A DNA stretch of 64,000 nt. Source: Anaerohalosphaeraceae bacterium (lineage in GTDB: Bacteria > Planctomycetota > Phycisphaerae > Sedimentisphaerales > Anaerohalosphaeraceae). Of this stretch, positions 29,117 through 38,455 are shown piece after piece. The stretch covers positions 128,001 to 192,000 of the forward strand of contig CAXXSL010000013.1 of assembly GCA_963675525.2 (NCBI GenBank), written 5' to 3'. Each line of letters begins with the position of its first letter. The stretch's first letter is position 1. Both the position numbers and the translations under genes were made by a program. The notes under the pieces are model-generated. The model did not search any database. It saw nothing but the letters and a program-made list of their open reading frames with translations, and was not told the origin of the DNA.

Positions 29117-29457
29117 CACCTTTAAAGGTCGATCAATTGAGCGAACATTTGACAATTGAAGAGTATTTAAGATCTCTGGAAGCTTTTGTGGATAACGCCT
29201 ACGGCAGGCAGATCCGACAGCAGTTTCAGGGTATTGACGGGGCCAGCGAACTGGCCATGCTTCAGTCTCCTTCGCGGGATGAGTATGAGCAGCTTAGCCG
29301 GGCAGTAGCCATCATGACAGCGGCGGAAAAGAAAGACGCCGCCTCGCTGGGCGATGAACAGGTCGAGCGTATCGCCGACGATGCCGCCGTCGATAAGGCA
29401 CTGCTGGCGATTTTTATCAATGGTTTTGCACTTAAAAGTAAAAGCCGAGCGACGTGA
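29113..29457 (+). CDS. stand-alone SRP54/Ffh M-domain-like protein
   Basis: GTG start overlaps the ffh stop (GTGA); aligns by eye with the Ffh M domain (LTIEEYL vs FGFDDFL; MT..E..D...L......RIA). Confidence 0.7.
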   Translation: MTPLKVDQLSEHLTIEEYLRSLEAFVDNAYGRQIRQQFQGIDGASELAMLQSPSRDEYEQLSRAVAIMTAAEKKDAASLGDEQVERIADDAAVDKALLAIFINGFALKSKSRAT

Positions 29458-29508
29458 GTCGCCGGATGGGATACCCAGTGGACGCGATAATCGGGCGACT
29501 TACGTCGC
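29449..29508. repeat. inverted REP doublet
   Basis: GCGACGTGAGTCGCC ... GGCGACTTACGTCGC (14/15 inverted match; each arm is itself palindromic). Confidence 0.65.
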
Positions 29509-29616
29509 CGCGCTTTTATTGCTCAACGGGAACCTGACAAAAACGTGATAACGTGTTTTGTGTCTGCAAAGGGCGGACACGAAAATTAATTATATGCTTT
29601 AACGAAAGGAAAACGT

Positions 29617-30132
29617 ATGTCAGTCAAAATCAGAATGTCACGGTTGGGACGTCGCCATCGTCCATTCTTCCGCATTAATGCGGTTGAAAGCAGGACGCCG
29701 CGCGATGGTCGTATCCTCGAAAAACTCGGCCATTACGACCCGCTCGAAAAGGATGCAGACAAGCAGGTGGTCATCAATAAGGAACGGATCGAGTTTTGGA
29801 TCGGCCAGGGTGCAGTCGCCAGCGACACCTGTGCGGAAATCTTCAAGAAGCGGGGAATTACCTGCCCGCAGTTTGAAGAAAAGCTTCAGCGTCGGGCACG
29901 GGCCAAAGCGATTGCCCGTAAACAGGGCAAGCCCTTTACGGAAGCCGAACGAATCGCTGTCGTAAAAGCGGCCGAAGCGGCCGCTGCGAAAGTCGCAGAA
30001 GAAGCGAAAGCTGCTGAAGAAGCCGCAAAGGCCGCTGCTGCCAAAGCCGCTGAGGAAGCCAAAGCTGCTGAAGAAGCTGCCAAAGCTGCTGAGGAAACCG
30101 CCAAAGACGCTGAAGAACCCAAAGGCGAGTAG
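29617..30132 (+). CDS. rpsP: 30S ribosomal protein S16 with Ala/Glu/Lys-rich tail
   Basis: [29 protein letters not shown]. Confidence 0.96.
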   Translation: MSVKIRMSRLGRRHRPFFRINAVESRTPRDGRILEKLGHYDPLEKDADKQVVINKERIEFWIGQGAVASDTCAEIFKKRGITCPQFEEKLQRRARAKAIARKQGKPFTEAERIAVVKAAEAAAAKVAEEAKAAEEAAKAAAAKAAEEAKAAEEAAKAAEETAKDAEEPKGE

Positions 30133-30146
30133 AACCGAAACCGACT

Positions 30147-30860
30147 ATGAGAATCGACGTTTTGACACTGTTCCCGGAGATGTTCGACGCTCCGTTGAGT
30201 TACTCGATCTTAAAACGGGCACAGGATCAGAATGTCGTTGAAGTTGTTCTTTCAAATATTAGAGATTTTGCCACAGACAGTTATCGCAAGGTCGATGACA
30301 AGCCGTACGGCGGCGGCCCCGGAATGGTGATGATGCCGGGACCGGTGTTCGAGTGCTTTGAACACATTCAGCCGCAGGCCGCGGAACCGGGCCGTGTCAT
30401 TATACTGACGCCCCAGGGGCAACCGCTGACGCAGGAAAAAGCTGTTGCGTTAAGCAAAGAGCCCCGCCTGATCCTGATCGCCGGCCGGTACGAAGGATTT
30501 GATGAACGCATCCGGACGGGACTCGGCGCCGAACAGATATCGATCGGTGACTATGTCCTCAGCGGCGGTGAGTTGGCGGCGATGGTGCTTATCGACGCGG
30601 TCGTACGACTGCTGCCGGGAGCATTGGGCGACGATGATTCGGCGACTGATGATTCCTTCAGCGGCGATCTGCTGGAATATCCGCAGTATACTCGCCCGGA
30701 AGTCTTCCGCGACATGCGTGTGCCGGACATATTACTGAGCGGTGACCACGGCAAAATTGCCAAATGGCGAAATGAACAACGTATTGAACGAACCAAACAA
30801 TGGCGGCCGGATGTGTACGAAAAACACATCAGAGGCAACGCCAAAAATGACGAAAAATAG
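30147..30860 (+). CDS. trmD: tRNA (guanine37-N1)-methyltransferase
   Basis: [35 protein letters not shown]. Confidence 0.98.
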   Translation: MRIDVLTLFPEMFDAPLSYSILKRAQDQNVVEVVLSNIRDFATDSYRKVDDKPYGGGPGMVMMPGPVFECFEHIQPQAAEPGRVIILTPQGQPLTQEKAVALSKEPRLILIAGRYEGFDERIRTGLGAEQISIGDYVLSGGELAAMVLIDAVVRLLPGALGDDDSATDDSFSGDLLEYPQYTRPEVFRDMRVPDILLSGDHGKIAKWRNEQRIERTKQWRPDVYEKHIRGNAKNDEK

Positions 30861-30882
30861 AAGTCAAACAGGAGATAGATCC

Positions 30883-31251
30883 GTGAAAACAGAAATACTC
30901 GAATCCGTAGAAAAAAGCAGCCTTCGCAAGGAAACGCCGTATTTTGAAATCGGCGATATTGTGGATGTACACTGCCGTATCAAAGAAGGGAACAAGACCC
31001 GTATCCAGATATTTACGGGAACCGTGATTGCCCGTAAAGGTCGGGGCATGAACGAAAGTTTTACTGTCCGTCGGATGGTAGGGGATGAAGGGGTTGAACG
31101 TGTTTTCCCGTTAAACTCGCCGAACATTGTCGATGTCCGTCCGGTTCGCAGCGGTAAAACGCGACGTGCCAAACTTTACTTCCTGCGTGGCCGCAGCGGT
31201 AAAGGCGTCCGTCTTCCGCAGCGTCACAGCAAGCATACCGTCACAAAGTAA
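30883..31251 (+). CDS. rplS: 50S ribosomal protein L19
   Basis: GTG start after GGAG; RIQIFTG, FTVRR, GVERVFP, RRAKLYFLR. Confidence 0.95.
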   Translation: MKTEILESVEKSSLRKETPYFEIGDIVDVHCRIKEGNKTRIQIFTGTVIARKGRGMNESFTVRRMVGDEGVERVFPLNSPNIVDVRPVRSGKTRRAKLYFLRGRSGKGVRLPQRHSKHTVTK

Positions 31252-31263
31252 GGGGCTGCCGCT

Positions 31264-31659
31264 ATGCTTCTGCCGTGGGTACGAAAGCGATTGCTCAGTG
31301 ACCCCAAACGGTTCGGCCGTTGGGGACAGAACGCCTCGGAAAAGTACCTGGCCCGCAAAGGCTGTAAGACGATCGCCCGGAATTATTCTTTCCGCGGCGG
31401 TGAGATGGACCTGGTAATGGCCGATGCGGAAGGAACGATCGCGTTCGTGGAGGTCAAAACCCGACAGAGTGAAACGTTCGCTCCGGCAAAGGCGGCCGTC
31501 AATTACAATAAGCGTCAAAAGATGATACGAACCGCAAAGTGCTTCCTGAGAGAATTCGATCTTTCAGGCAGGCCTTTGCGGTTCGATGTTATAACGGTAC
31601 TCCTCGGTTCAAAGGGAGGCCCCGTTATTCGCCATTACCCGAATGCATTCGTACCGTAA
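31264..31659 (+). CDS. YraN/UPF0102 family protein
   Basis: ARNY, GEMDLV, FVEVKTR, RFDVI. Confidence 0.9.
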   Translation: MLLPWVRKRLLSDPKRFGRWGQNASEKYLARKGCKTIARNYSFRGGEMDLVMADAEGTIAFVEVKTRQSETFAPAKAAVNYNKRQKMIRTAKCFLREFDLSGRPLRFDVITVLLGSKGGPVIRHYPNAFVP

Positions 31660-31668
31660 GATGCCCAT

Positions 31669-32922
31669 ATGGAACAATCCGACAAACCGTTACGTCCGAA
31701 ACTGCCCTTCCTGACCGCAGACATCCCGGGCGTGGACGGACAGATCAAAACCATCCCCGCCGATTTTGTCGTCGAAGAGATCCCGCTGTATGCGTTTGCC
31801 GGAACCGGCACGCATGTCTACGCCTATATCCAGAAAAAAGGGCTCACCACCGCCGAGCTGATCGCCCGGCTGGGCCAGTCATTGGGCGTCCGTAAGTTCG
31901 ACATCGGCTATGCGGGACGAAAAGATTCCAATGCCATCACCCGCCAATGGTTCTCCGTTGAGCATGTTGATCCGAAGATCGTGAAGAATCTCGACATCAG
32001 CGGTGCCAAGGTCATGGAAGTGACCCGGCATAACAATAAGCTGAAAGTCGGCCACCTGAAGGGCAACCGTTTCACTATCCGCCTGCGGCATCTCAACTGC
32101 CCCATCGAGGAAGCGCGGGCAACCGCGCAGCAGATCATGGACACGCTTGACCGCCGGGGCGTTCCGAATTATTTCGGTCAGCAGCGATTCGGGTATCGCT
32201 ACGACAGTCATCTCTTAGGCGGAGCGATCATCAAAAACGACATCAAAAAATTCTTCGATATTCTGCTGGGCCAACCCGAACTGGACCCGCAGGAGGAATA
32301 TGTCGAGGCCCGGCGTCTTTACGAACAGGGTGATTTTGAAGCGGCGTTCTATGCCTGGCATCCGGCGTTTCGGGATAACCGGAAAGCATTACGCGTGCTA
32401 ATGAAAAACGGCGGCAAGCTAAACAACAAAGCCCTTCGCGCGATGGATGGGCGTTTGCTGGGTCTGTTCGTCTCTGCCTGGCAGTCCGATTTGTTTAACA
32501 CGGTTCTGGTGAAGCGTCTGCCGCAGATCGATACGATGCTTGAGGGCGACATGGCCTATAAACACGAAAACGGCGCTTGCTTCCGCGTTGAAGACGCGGA
32601 CATTGAACAGCCCCGCTGCGCCGCGTTCGACATCAGCCCCACCGGGCCCCTGCTCGGCAAACGATTGACGAAACTGACCGGCCCGGCCGGCGAGATCGAA
32701 AATCCCATTCTCAATACGGTTGAACTGGCCGACGATGACTATACCCGCCTCAGACGCTACGGTGCCACCGGCGGCCGGCGGCCGCTGCGGTTCCAGCCGA
32801 AAAACAGTGACATCACCTCCGGCACCGACGACCACGGCGACTTTTTGCAATTGCGGTTCGAGCTGCCCAGCGGCTGCTATGCAACCGTCCTCCTCCGCGA
32901 GATCACCAAGCAAGACGAGTAA
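31669..32922 (+). CDS. truD: tRNA pseudouridine(13) synthase TruD
   Basis: DFVVEEI, YAGRKD, GNRFTI, PNYFGQQRFG, LPSGCYAT. Confidence 0.95.
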   Translation: MEQSDKPLRPKLPFLTADIPGVDGQIKTIPADFVVEEIPLYAFAGTGTHVYAYIQKKGLTTAELIARLGQSLGVRKFDIGYAGRKDSNAITRQWFSVEHVDPKIVKNLDISGAKVMEVTRHNNKLKVGHLKGNRFTIRLRHLNCPIEEARATAQQIMDTLDRRGVPNYFGQQRFGYRYDSHLLGGAIIKNDIKKFFDILLGQPELDPQEEYVEARRLYEQGDFEAAFYAWHPAFRDNRKALRVLMKNGGKLNNKALRAMDGRLLGLFVSAWQSDLFNTVLVKRLPQIDTMLEGDMAYKHENGACFRVEDADIEQPRCAAFDISPTGPLLGKRLTKLTGPAGEIENPILNTVELADDDYTRLRRYGATGGRRPLRFQPKNSDITSGTDDHGDFLQLRFELPSGCYATVLLREITKQDE

Positions 32923-33865
32923 CCTGCCTCTGTAATTGGGTTCGTTTGGCTCTGTAGAAAAGCTGATAGACCGGCTTGAATATAGCCAGGTTATGGGTTA
33001 GTGCCATTAACCACATCTCTCGACTTTGTGCCAAATCGCCGTGTGCCCTGACGGCGGATCCCCATCGTCGTTTGATCATACTGAAGACGGTTTCGACTTG
33101 TGATCGTTGTCCATAAAGTCTCTGATTAAATCGTTGCTTCATCTGTCGGCGATATTTTGTTCGCGGCAGATTATCCGTGCTTCGCCCGGCTTTGGGTGGA
33201 ATAATCGTTCGTATTTTTCGATGGTCACGCGCATATACATGGTTCCGTTCACTGTCGTAGCCGGCATCGGCTAACAGGGTTTCCAGAGTCATCCCGCCCG
33301 GGAGCATTTGCAGGGTCGGGATCAGGGTTGCCATGTCCGGGCACGGCCCCCGTGTGGTTTTGACAGAAAGAATCAAATGATTACTGCAATCACACACCAC
33401 CGTCAATTTCGGATATTTGGCGTAGAGCATCGATTGATACGCAGAATGGCCTTTCACGTGCCTTCGCCGCACAAAGTAATAACTGGTATATCCCACTTCC
33501 AGACCCGTTGAATCAATCGCTGCCTGTGACACATGCGGTTGTTGTAACGCCATCTGAAGTGTCTGCCGGAGGAGGGGATGAGCGTTGGGCAAGGCCAGGA
33601 TAGAACCGCTGGCTTTCTGAAATGTTGTAAAATGCGGCACGGTGATTAACCCAATGGTTTTGCATAAGTCCGGACAATCCCGTAACCATTCAGCCAGTCC
33701 GCGATAATCCGTTTTTAGAAATGTTTTCAGAACCAGACAAGCGAACAATTGCGGCAGCGTGAATTTGTGGGGGCTGAAGCGATGTGAATACAGGGGTAAA
33801 ACCGTCTTCGCTGCTGTTTAAGCAGCGACCAATAGTTTCCGTGGGGATTTGGTTGTCGTGCTCAT
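32903..33865 (-). pseudogene. DDE transposase with a premature stop at codon 16
   Basis: ATG 33865 MSTTTKSPRKLLVAA*TAAKTVLPLYSHRFSPHKFT; TAA at 33820-33818; DDE motifs IDSTG, ADAGYD, YGQRSQVETVFS. Confidence 0.8.
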
Positions 33866-33939
33866 TCTTGATTGTATACAAGCATAAACACGATGGCGCA
33901 AGTCTAAAATAAAGAAAGTTTTACCTTTTCTACAGAGCC
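32948..33939 (-). mobile_element. IS5-family insertion sequence (IS903/ISH1-like), 992 bp
   Basis: Perfect 15-bp TIRs GGCTCTGTAGAAAAG (32948-32962) / CTTTTCTACAGAGCC (33925-33939); 9-bp TSD GGTTCGTTT (32939-32947, 33940-33948). Confidence 0.92.
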
Positions 33940-33962
33940 GGTTCGTTTCGTTTTTTGGGGGT

Positions 33963-33990
33963 CCACAGATTACACCGATTTACACAGATT
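33963..33990. repeat. solo ~9-bp-periodic arm
   Basis: CCACAGATTACACCGATTTACACAGATT. Confidence 0.65.
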
Positions 33991-34121
33991 AAGAAGTGAC
34001 ACGGAATTTTAATAAAACAAATAAGATAAGACTTTGCGGGATTTAGTAAAAAAACGCCTGTGGCGGGGGTATGAGAACGAATTCTCACAGGCCACAGGCG
34101 ACAGAAGGAGCTGAATTGTGC

Positions 34122-34736
34122 TTATTTCTTTCTGCGAATCAGCAAGCCACCCAAACCCAGCAGGGACAACGTTGCCGGTTCGGGGATAACATTGATGTTC
34201 ATGTACACCGGGTCGTAACCGAAAAGATCGTCATCAACAAAATGAATTGAAAAGGCAATGTCATCTGACCACAGCCCGTTAATACCGACAATTTTATTAA
34301 CGTCAACATCGTCATACAACCATTCCCAGTCGGACTGGCAGTAGATACTGATTTTCCCCACCTCACCAACAAGCTGCATATTGGTAATTGACTGAATTTC
34401 ACCGCCGTATAATTCTGCTGTCGATTCATTCCTTAAGTCTATCGTACCAATCTCACCGCCATAAACTTCCAAGCGGCTTTTGTCATCGACTATTAGTTGT
34501 GTAATGCCTCCTGAATTACTCAATGGGGATGTATTCCAAACTTCAACATCGCTGGATTCTTTTGCATGAATACGATAAGCCCCTCCACCAGTTACCAAAA
34601 GGGCTTGATCTTCGAGGTTAATAACTCCATACGTATATTCACCACTTTCGATTACGCCATCATCAGCAATACCGGCCCAAACCGGTAAACAGAAAGTAAC
34701 CAATATAATAAACGTAAAACTTCTTTTCATCATCAT
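34122..34736 (-). CDS. PEP-CTERM sorting domain protein
   Basis: Signal peptide; C-terminal IPEPATLSLLGLGGLLIRRKK. Confidence 0.9.
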   Translation of the reverse strand: MMMKRSFTFIILVTFCLPVWAGIADDGVIESGEYTYGVINLEDQALLVTGGGAYRIHAKESSDVEVWNTSPLSNSGGITQLIVDDKSRLEVYGGEIGTIDLRNESTAELYGGEIQSITNMQLVGEVGKISIYCQSDWEWLYDDVDVNKIVGINGLWSDDIAFSIHFVDDDLFGYDPVYMNINVIPEPATLSLLGLGGLLIRRKK

Positions 34737-34766
34737 AATAGATTCTCCAACTGCTAAGTTGCTATT

Positions 34767-34795
34767 ATTGTATCAAAATCGTCGGGTTTTGTCAA
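34767..34795 (-). promoter_or_regulatory. sigma70-type promoter for the PEP-CTERM gene
   Basis: TTGACA-N17-TACAAT on the minus strand. Confidence 0.65.
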
Positions 34796-34879
34796 GAATT
34801 CGCGGGTTTCATCATAACGGGGGCATACTAAGAACTATTGGGGTCATTGTAATCATTGAGTATCGGAAAAAACCTCGGC

Positions 34880-34909
34880 TGTAACCTTTCGGGAATCCTT
34901 GCCACTTAC
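34880..34909 (+). promoter_or_regulatory. putative ECF-sigma promoter, copy 1
   Basis: TGTAACCTTTC-N12-CACTTAC. Confidence 0.6.
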
Positions 34910-34975
34910 TCATTGAACGCGTTTTACGGTTATTTAAAAAGTCAATTTAAACCAGACATTTGAAAGGAACGAATC

Positions 34976-35569
34976 ATGACAACGAAAAAACTAACGATTC
35001 TTGTAGTTCTTGCTGCTGTAATCCTGACTCCTATGGCTTTGGCGGCTCCCGAAAACGGTCCCGGCGGCGGACGAGGTCCTCGCGGTGAAGGCCGTATGGG
35101 CATGCGTCCTCAAGGCGGCCGAGGCGGCGGGATGGCCCAAATGCTGCTGGGCCGGATGGGCGAGGAACTGAACCTGACCGAGGCACAAAAGGAAAGCATC
35201 AAGGCGATCGCTGATGAATCGGGACCCGCTGTCCAGGAAGATCGTCAGGCCGTTCGGGATGCCATGCAGGCCCTTAACGATGCTGCCGACAATGGCGATG
35301 AAGCTGCGATCAAAGCGGCCGGCAAAGCCGCCGGAGACGCATTGACCCAGCAGGCCCTGAAAAGAGCCGCGGTCTCCAAAAAGATCAAAGCCGTTCTGAC
35401 CGACGAACAGAATAAAAAGCTCCAGGAACTGAGAGCCCAAATGCAGGAACGCGCCGCACAGATGCGTCAGAATCGCGGCGACGGTCAGGGGCAGGGCCGG
35501 GGCCAGGGCGGCGGACAGGGCAACGGACAGCGCGGACCTCGCCGGGGCGGCGACGATCAAGCGAACTAA
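34976..35569 (+). CDS. Spy/CpxP-family periplasmic protein
   Basis: Signal peptide; two LTxxQ motifs (LTEAQ, LTDEQ); Gly/Arg-rich ends. Confidence 0.85.
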   Translation: MTTKKLTILVVLAAVILTPMALAAPENGPGGGRGPRGEGRMGMRPQGGRGGGMAQMLLGRMGEELNLTEAQKESIKAIADESGPAVQEDRQAVRDAMQALNDAADNGDEAAIKAAGKAAGDALTQQALKRAAVSKKIKAVLTDEQNKKLQELRAQMQERAAQMRQNRGDGQGQGRGQGGGQGNGQRGPRRGGDDQAN

Positions 35570-35580
35570 ATCCTCTTTAG

Positions 35581-35628
35581 AAAAAAGGGCCTCAACGGTG
35601 TCATTAACCGGAAATGAGGCCCTTTTTT
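35581..35628 (+). terminator. intrinsic terminator
   Basis: AAAAAAGGGCCTCA...TGAGGCCCTTTTTT. Confidence 0.65.
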
Positions 35629-35666
35629 AACTAAAAAACATATAATTTCAATAAAAACAGATGTTT

Positions 35667-35697
35667 TGTAACCTTTCTTCCATTCTCATACACTTAC
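35667..35697 (+). promoter_or_regulatory. putative ECF-sigma promoter, copy 2
   Basis: TGTAACCTTTC-N13-CACTTAC. Confidence 0.6.
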
Positions 35698-35797
35698 GTT
35701 ATGAAGGTTCTGTGCGAACAGTGGTCAACCGCACGCAGCTTTTCTCTGACAAGCAAATATTGATTTTAGATGGTTTTTGTCGTACACTATTGGATAA

Positions 35798-36490
35798 ATG
35801 ATCCAGGTTCCGAACCAATTTATTTCGCGACGACGACGTGACCGTTATTTATCCTTAGAGGCAACGTCAATACCGCTGCCCCGGTTGTGGGCGGTTTTGC
35901 TCTCTTTGACAAATAAAGACTCCGGCACGAAAACCTTTCGGTTTCAGGAACAGGACGACATCCGCCAATCGCAGAATGGTGATTCGGATGCGTATCGCAG
36001 ACTGATCGAACGGTATCAGGGCCATATCGGTAAGCTGCTCTGGCGGTTTACCCGCGACAGGACCTGCCACGAGGAACTCGTTCAGGAAACGTTTGTCCAG
36101 GCGTATTTGTCTTTGCGAACGTACCAAGCCAAAGCGCCGTTCGAACACTGGCTGAGCCGCATCGCGACCCGCGTGGGTTACCGTTTCTGGAAGGAGCAGG
36201 GAAAACATCAACATCTGACCCTGCTTGAAGACGAATGGAACAACCTGGCCGGCTCGGACACGCCGGAAACCGACCCGCAGGAAGCGGCGGAACTGATCCA
36301 CCATTTGCTTTCACAACTGCCCCCGCGGGATCGACTGGTCCTGACGCTGCGATATCTGGAACAGTGTGATATCGCCGAAACCGCCCGGCGAACGGGATGG
36401 AACGTGACGATGGTCAAAGTTCAGACCCATCGGGCCATAAAAAAGCTTAAACTGCTGGCTGAAAAAGCCGATATAGAGTTAGAGATATAA
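35798..36490 (+). CDS. ECF RNA polymerase sigma-70 factor
   Basis: Region 2 EELVQETFVQAY..WLSRIA; region 4 LPPRDRLVLTLRY..ETAR..VKVQTHRA; start uncertain. Confidence 0.9.
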   Translation: MIQVPNQFISRRRRDRYLSLEATSIPLPRLWAVLLSLTNKDSGTKTFRFQEQDDIRQSQNGDSDAYRRLIERYQGHIGKLLWRFTRDRTCHEELVQETFVQAYLSLRTYQAKAPFEHWLSRIATRVGYRFWKEQGKHQHLTLLEDEWNNLAGSDTPETDPQEAAELIHHLLSQLPPRDRLVLTLRYLEQCDIAETARRTGWNVTMVKVQTHRAIKKLKLLAEKADIELEI

Positions 36491-36491
36491 C

Positions 36492-36752
36492 ATGAAAAAC
36501 GTGAATTTTCACAATTTGATCAAACTGGCACAACAGGAAACGCCCCCCAGCGTGGATGTGGCGGACAGTGTTCTGGCCGCCTTGTCAGATATGGCGGTGC
36601 GGGCCAATGCGGATCCCTACCGCTCCTATCTTTGGATGAGTGTGGCATCGGCGGCGGTGGCGGCCTGCATTCTCATCGCGGCCACACTGACCCAGCAGTC
36701 CGGGGATTCCGTCAGCGAAGTGATGAACTATGTTTCATGGATAGCCCAATAA
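36492..36752 (+). CDS. small membrane protein, probable anti-sigma factor
   Basis: Single TM helix, directly follows the ECF gene. Confidence 0.6.
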   Translation: MKNVNFHNLIKLAQQETPPSVDVADSVLAALSDMAVRANADPYRSYLWMSVASAAVAACILIAATLTQQSGDSVSEVMNYVSWIAQ

Positions 36753-37366
36753 TGAGCCAGACGGTCACACCACAACCCAAGACCAGGCCGGTTCTGTTCA
36801 GCCTGCTGATCCTTTTGTCGGGGATTGCAATTGGTGTGGGAGGTACTCTGATCTTCATCAAACAAAAGCCGACCCCGCCCCGGCCGAATTTCAACGCACG
36901 CATGATCAACCATCTTATGCGCGAACTGAAACTGACCGAGGAACAAAAAGCACAGATCGACCCGCTCATTCAGACACACATGGATGAATTTGAAAAAATT
37001 CGAACCGAAGCGATTCCGAAAATAACGCAAATCACCGAGACCATGAACAATGAGATCCTGCAGCTTCTGGATGACAACCAGAAACAGATCTGGGCAGACC
37101 AGATGAAGCGCATGCGGGAGAATTTTGAACGCATGCGTAATAACCGTCGCGGTCCGAGACAGGGACAGGGTCCCGGCGATGGCCAATGGCGAAGAGACCG
37201 TGACGGATCGGGCCCTGACGGTCGCGGTCGCGGCCCCGGCAGAGATCCCAACTCGCCCTACCGGCGACGACGCCCGCCCGCCGAGGGAATGGGCCCCGAA
37301 AACCAACCGCCGCTTGAACCACGGCCGCCACAGCCGGATTCTCCGCAGGACCCCAAACCGATATAA
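36752..37366 (+). CDS. membrane-anchored Spy/heavy-metal-sensor-like protein
   Basis: ATG overlaps the upstream TAA; TM anchor; ELKLTEEQ, LLDDNQ; Arg/Gly/Pro tail. Confidence 0.7.
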   Translation: MSQTVTPQPKTRPVLFSLLILLSGIAIGVGGTLIFIKQKPTPPRPNFNARMINHLMRELKLTEEQKAQIDPLIQTHMDEFEKIRTEAIPKITQITETMNNEILQLLDDNQKQIWADQMKRMRENFERMRNNRRGPRQGQGPGDGQWRRDRDGSGPDGRGRGPGRDPNSPYRRRRPPAEGMGPENQPPLEPRPPQPDSPQDPKPI

Positions 37367-37478
37367 ACAACAACGGCTTCAATGCTGAGCCGTACACATT
37401 GAAATTTTCCCTGTATTTCCATCCCAAAATCCATTATATTCACGTTAACCGTGAGCCGCCAAGCTCAGCAAACTGGCC

Positions 37479-37549
37479 TGTCACCCCCGCGCCGGCGGGG
37501 GTCCAGATGCCTGCGGAAACGCTGGATTCCCGCTTTCGCGGGAATGACA
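37479..37549. repeat. palindromic REP/RPE-like doublet
   Basis: TGTCACCCCCGCGCCGGCGGGGGTCCAG ... CTGGATTCCCGCTTTCGCGGGAATGACA. Confidence 0.75.
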
Positions 37550-37606
37550 ATTGCCCGAAGCAGTTTTTGTTACAGATTCTAAATGAAATGAGCCTTGAGA
37601 TTTAAT

Positions 37607-38455
37607 ATGAATACAGAAAAAGTCTATCTGAATGGAAAGCTCGTCGATGCGGATAAGGCAGCGGTGGGTGTTACGGACAGCAGCTATCTTTACGGCATCG
37701 GCCTTTTTGAAACGATGCGGGCAGTCGGGGGAAAGGTTTTTCGCCTGGCTGACCACCTGCGGCGGCTTAACGGCAGCGCGGAGGTTTTGTCGATCTTTAA
37801 CAGCTATTCGGATGAGCAGATCGGCGAGGGCATCGAGCAGCTTCTGGAAGCCAACGAGGTTACGGAAGCCCGCCTGCGATTGTCGCTGACCAACGGGCCG
37901 ATTCAGACTGACGGCACGGCACAGACGAACCTGCTGATCACGTCGCCGCCGTTTACGCCGTATCCGGCGGAGTACTATGCCAAAGGCGTGCGGGTGACGC
38001 TGACCGATTTTCGACAGAGCAGCAAGGACCCGTATGCGGGCCACAAAACCACCTGTTACGGCCCGCGGTTGATGGCGTTGAGAAACGCGCATGAAAAACT
38101 GGCCGCCGAGGCGTTATGGTTTACCACGGAAAACGCACTGGCCGAAGGCTGTATCAGCAATGTCTTCCTTGTCAAAGACGGCATGTTGTTTACCCCGCCG
38201 GTTAATACACCCATCCTGCCGGGCGTGGCTCGGAAAACCGTCATCGAAATCGCCGAACAGGAAAATATTGAATGCATCGAACAGCCGCTGGGTGTTAACG
38301 ACCTGTTGGGCGCCGACGAAGTCTTTTTGACCAATGTCGTCATGGAAGTCCTGCCCGTCGTCGCCGTCGAAGCCCACACCGTCGGCGAAGGTAAACCGGG
38401 ATCGATTACAAAGACAATTGCCGAAAAATACAAAGAAAAGCTGAATGCATTATAA
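37607..38455 (+). CDS. class IV aminotransferase (IlvE/PabC/Dat family)
   Basis: YGIGLFETMR, HLRRL, HKT, AEG..SNVF, ILPGVAR. Confidence 0.9.
   Translation: MNTEKVYLNGKLVDADKAAVGVTDSSYLYGIGLFETMRAVGGKVFRLADHLRRLNGSAEVLSIFNSYSDEQIGEGIEQLLEANEVTEARLRLSLTNGPIQTDGTAQTNLLITSPPFTPYPAEYYAKGVRVTLTDFRQSSKDPYAGHKTTCYGPRLMALRNAHEKLAAEALWFTTENALAEGCISNVFLVKDGMLFTPPVNTPILPGVARKTVIEIAEQENIECIEQPLGVNDLLGADEVFLTNVVMEVLPVVAVEAHTVGEGKPGSITKTIAEKYKEKLNAL

Noticed and set aside
29449..29600. SRP (4.5S) RNA downstream of ffh
   Set aside because: A stem-loop is present but it lacks the CAGG..GNRA..AGCA domain IV motif; a REP doublet explains it better.
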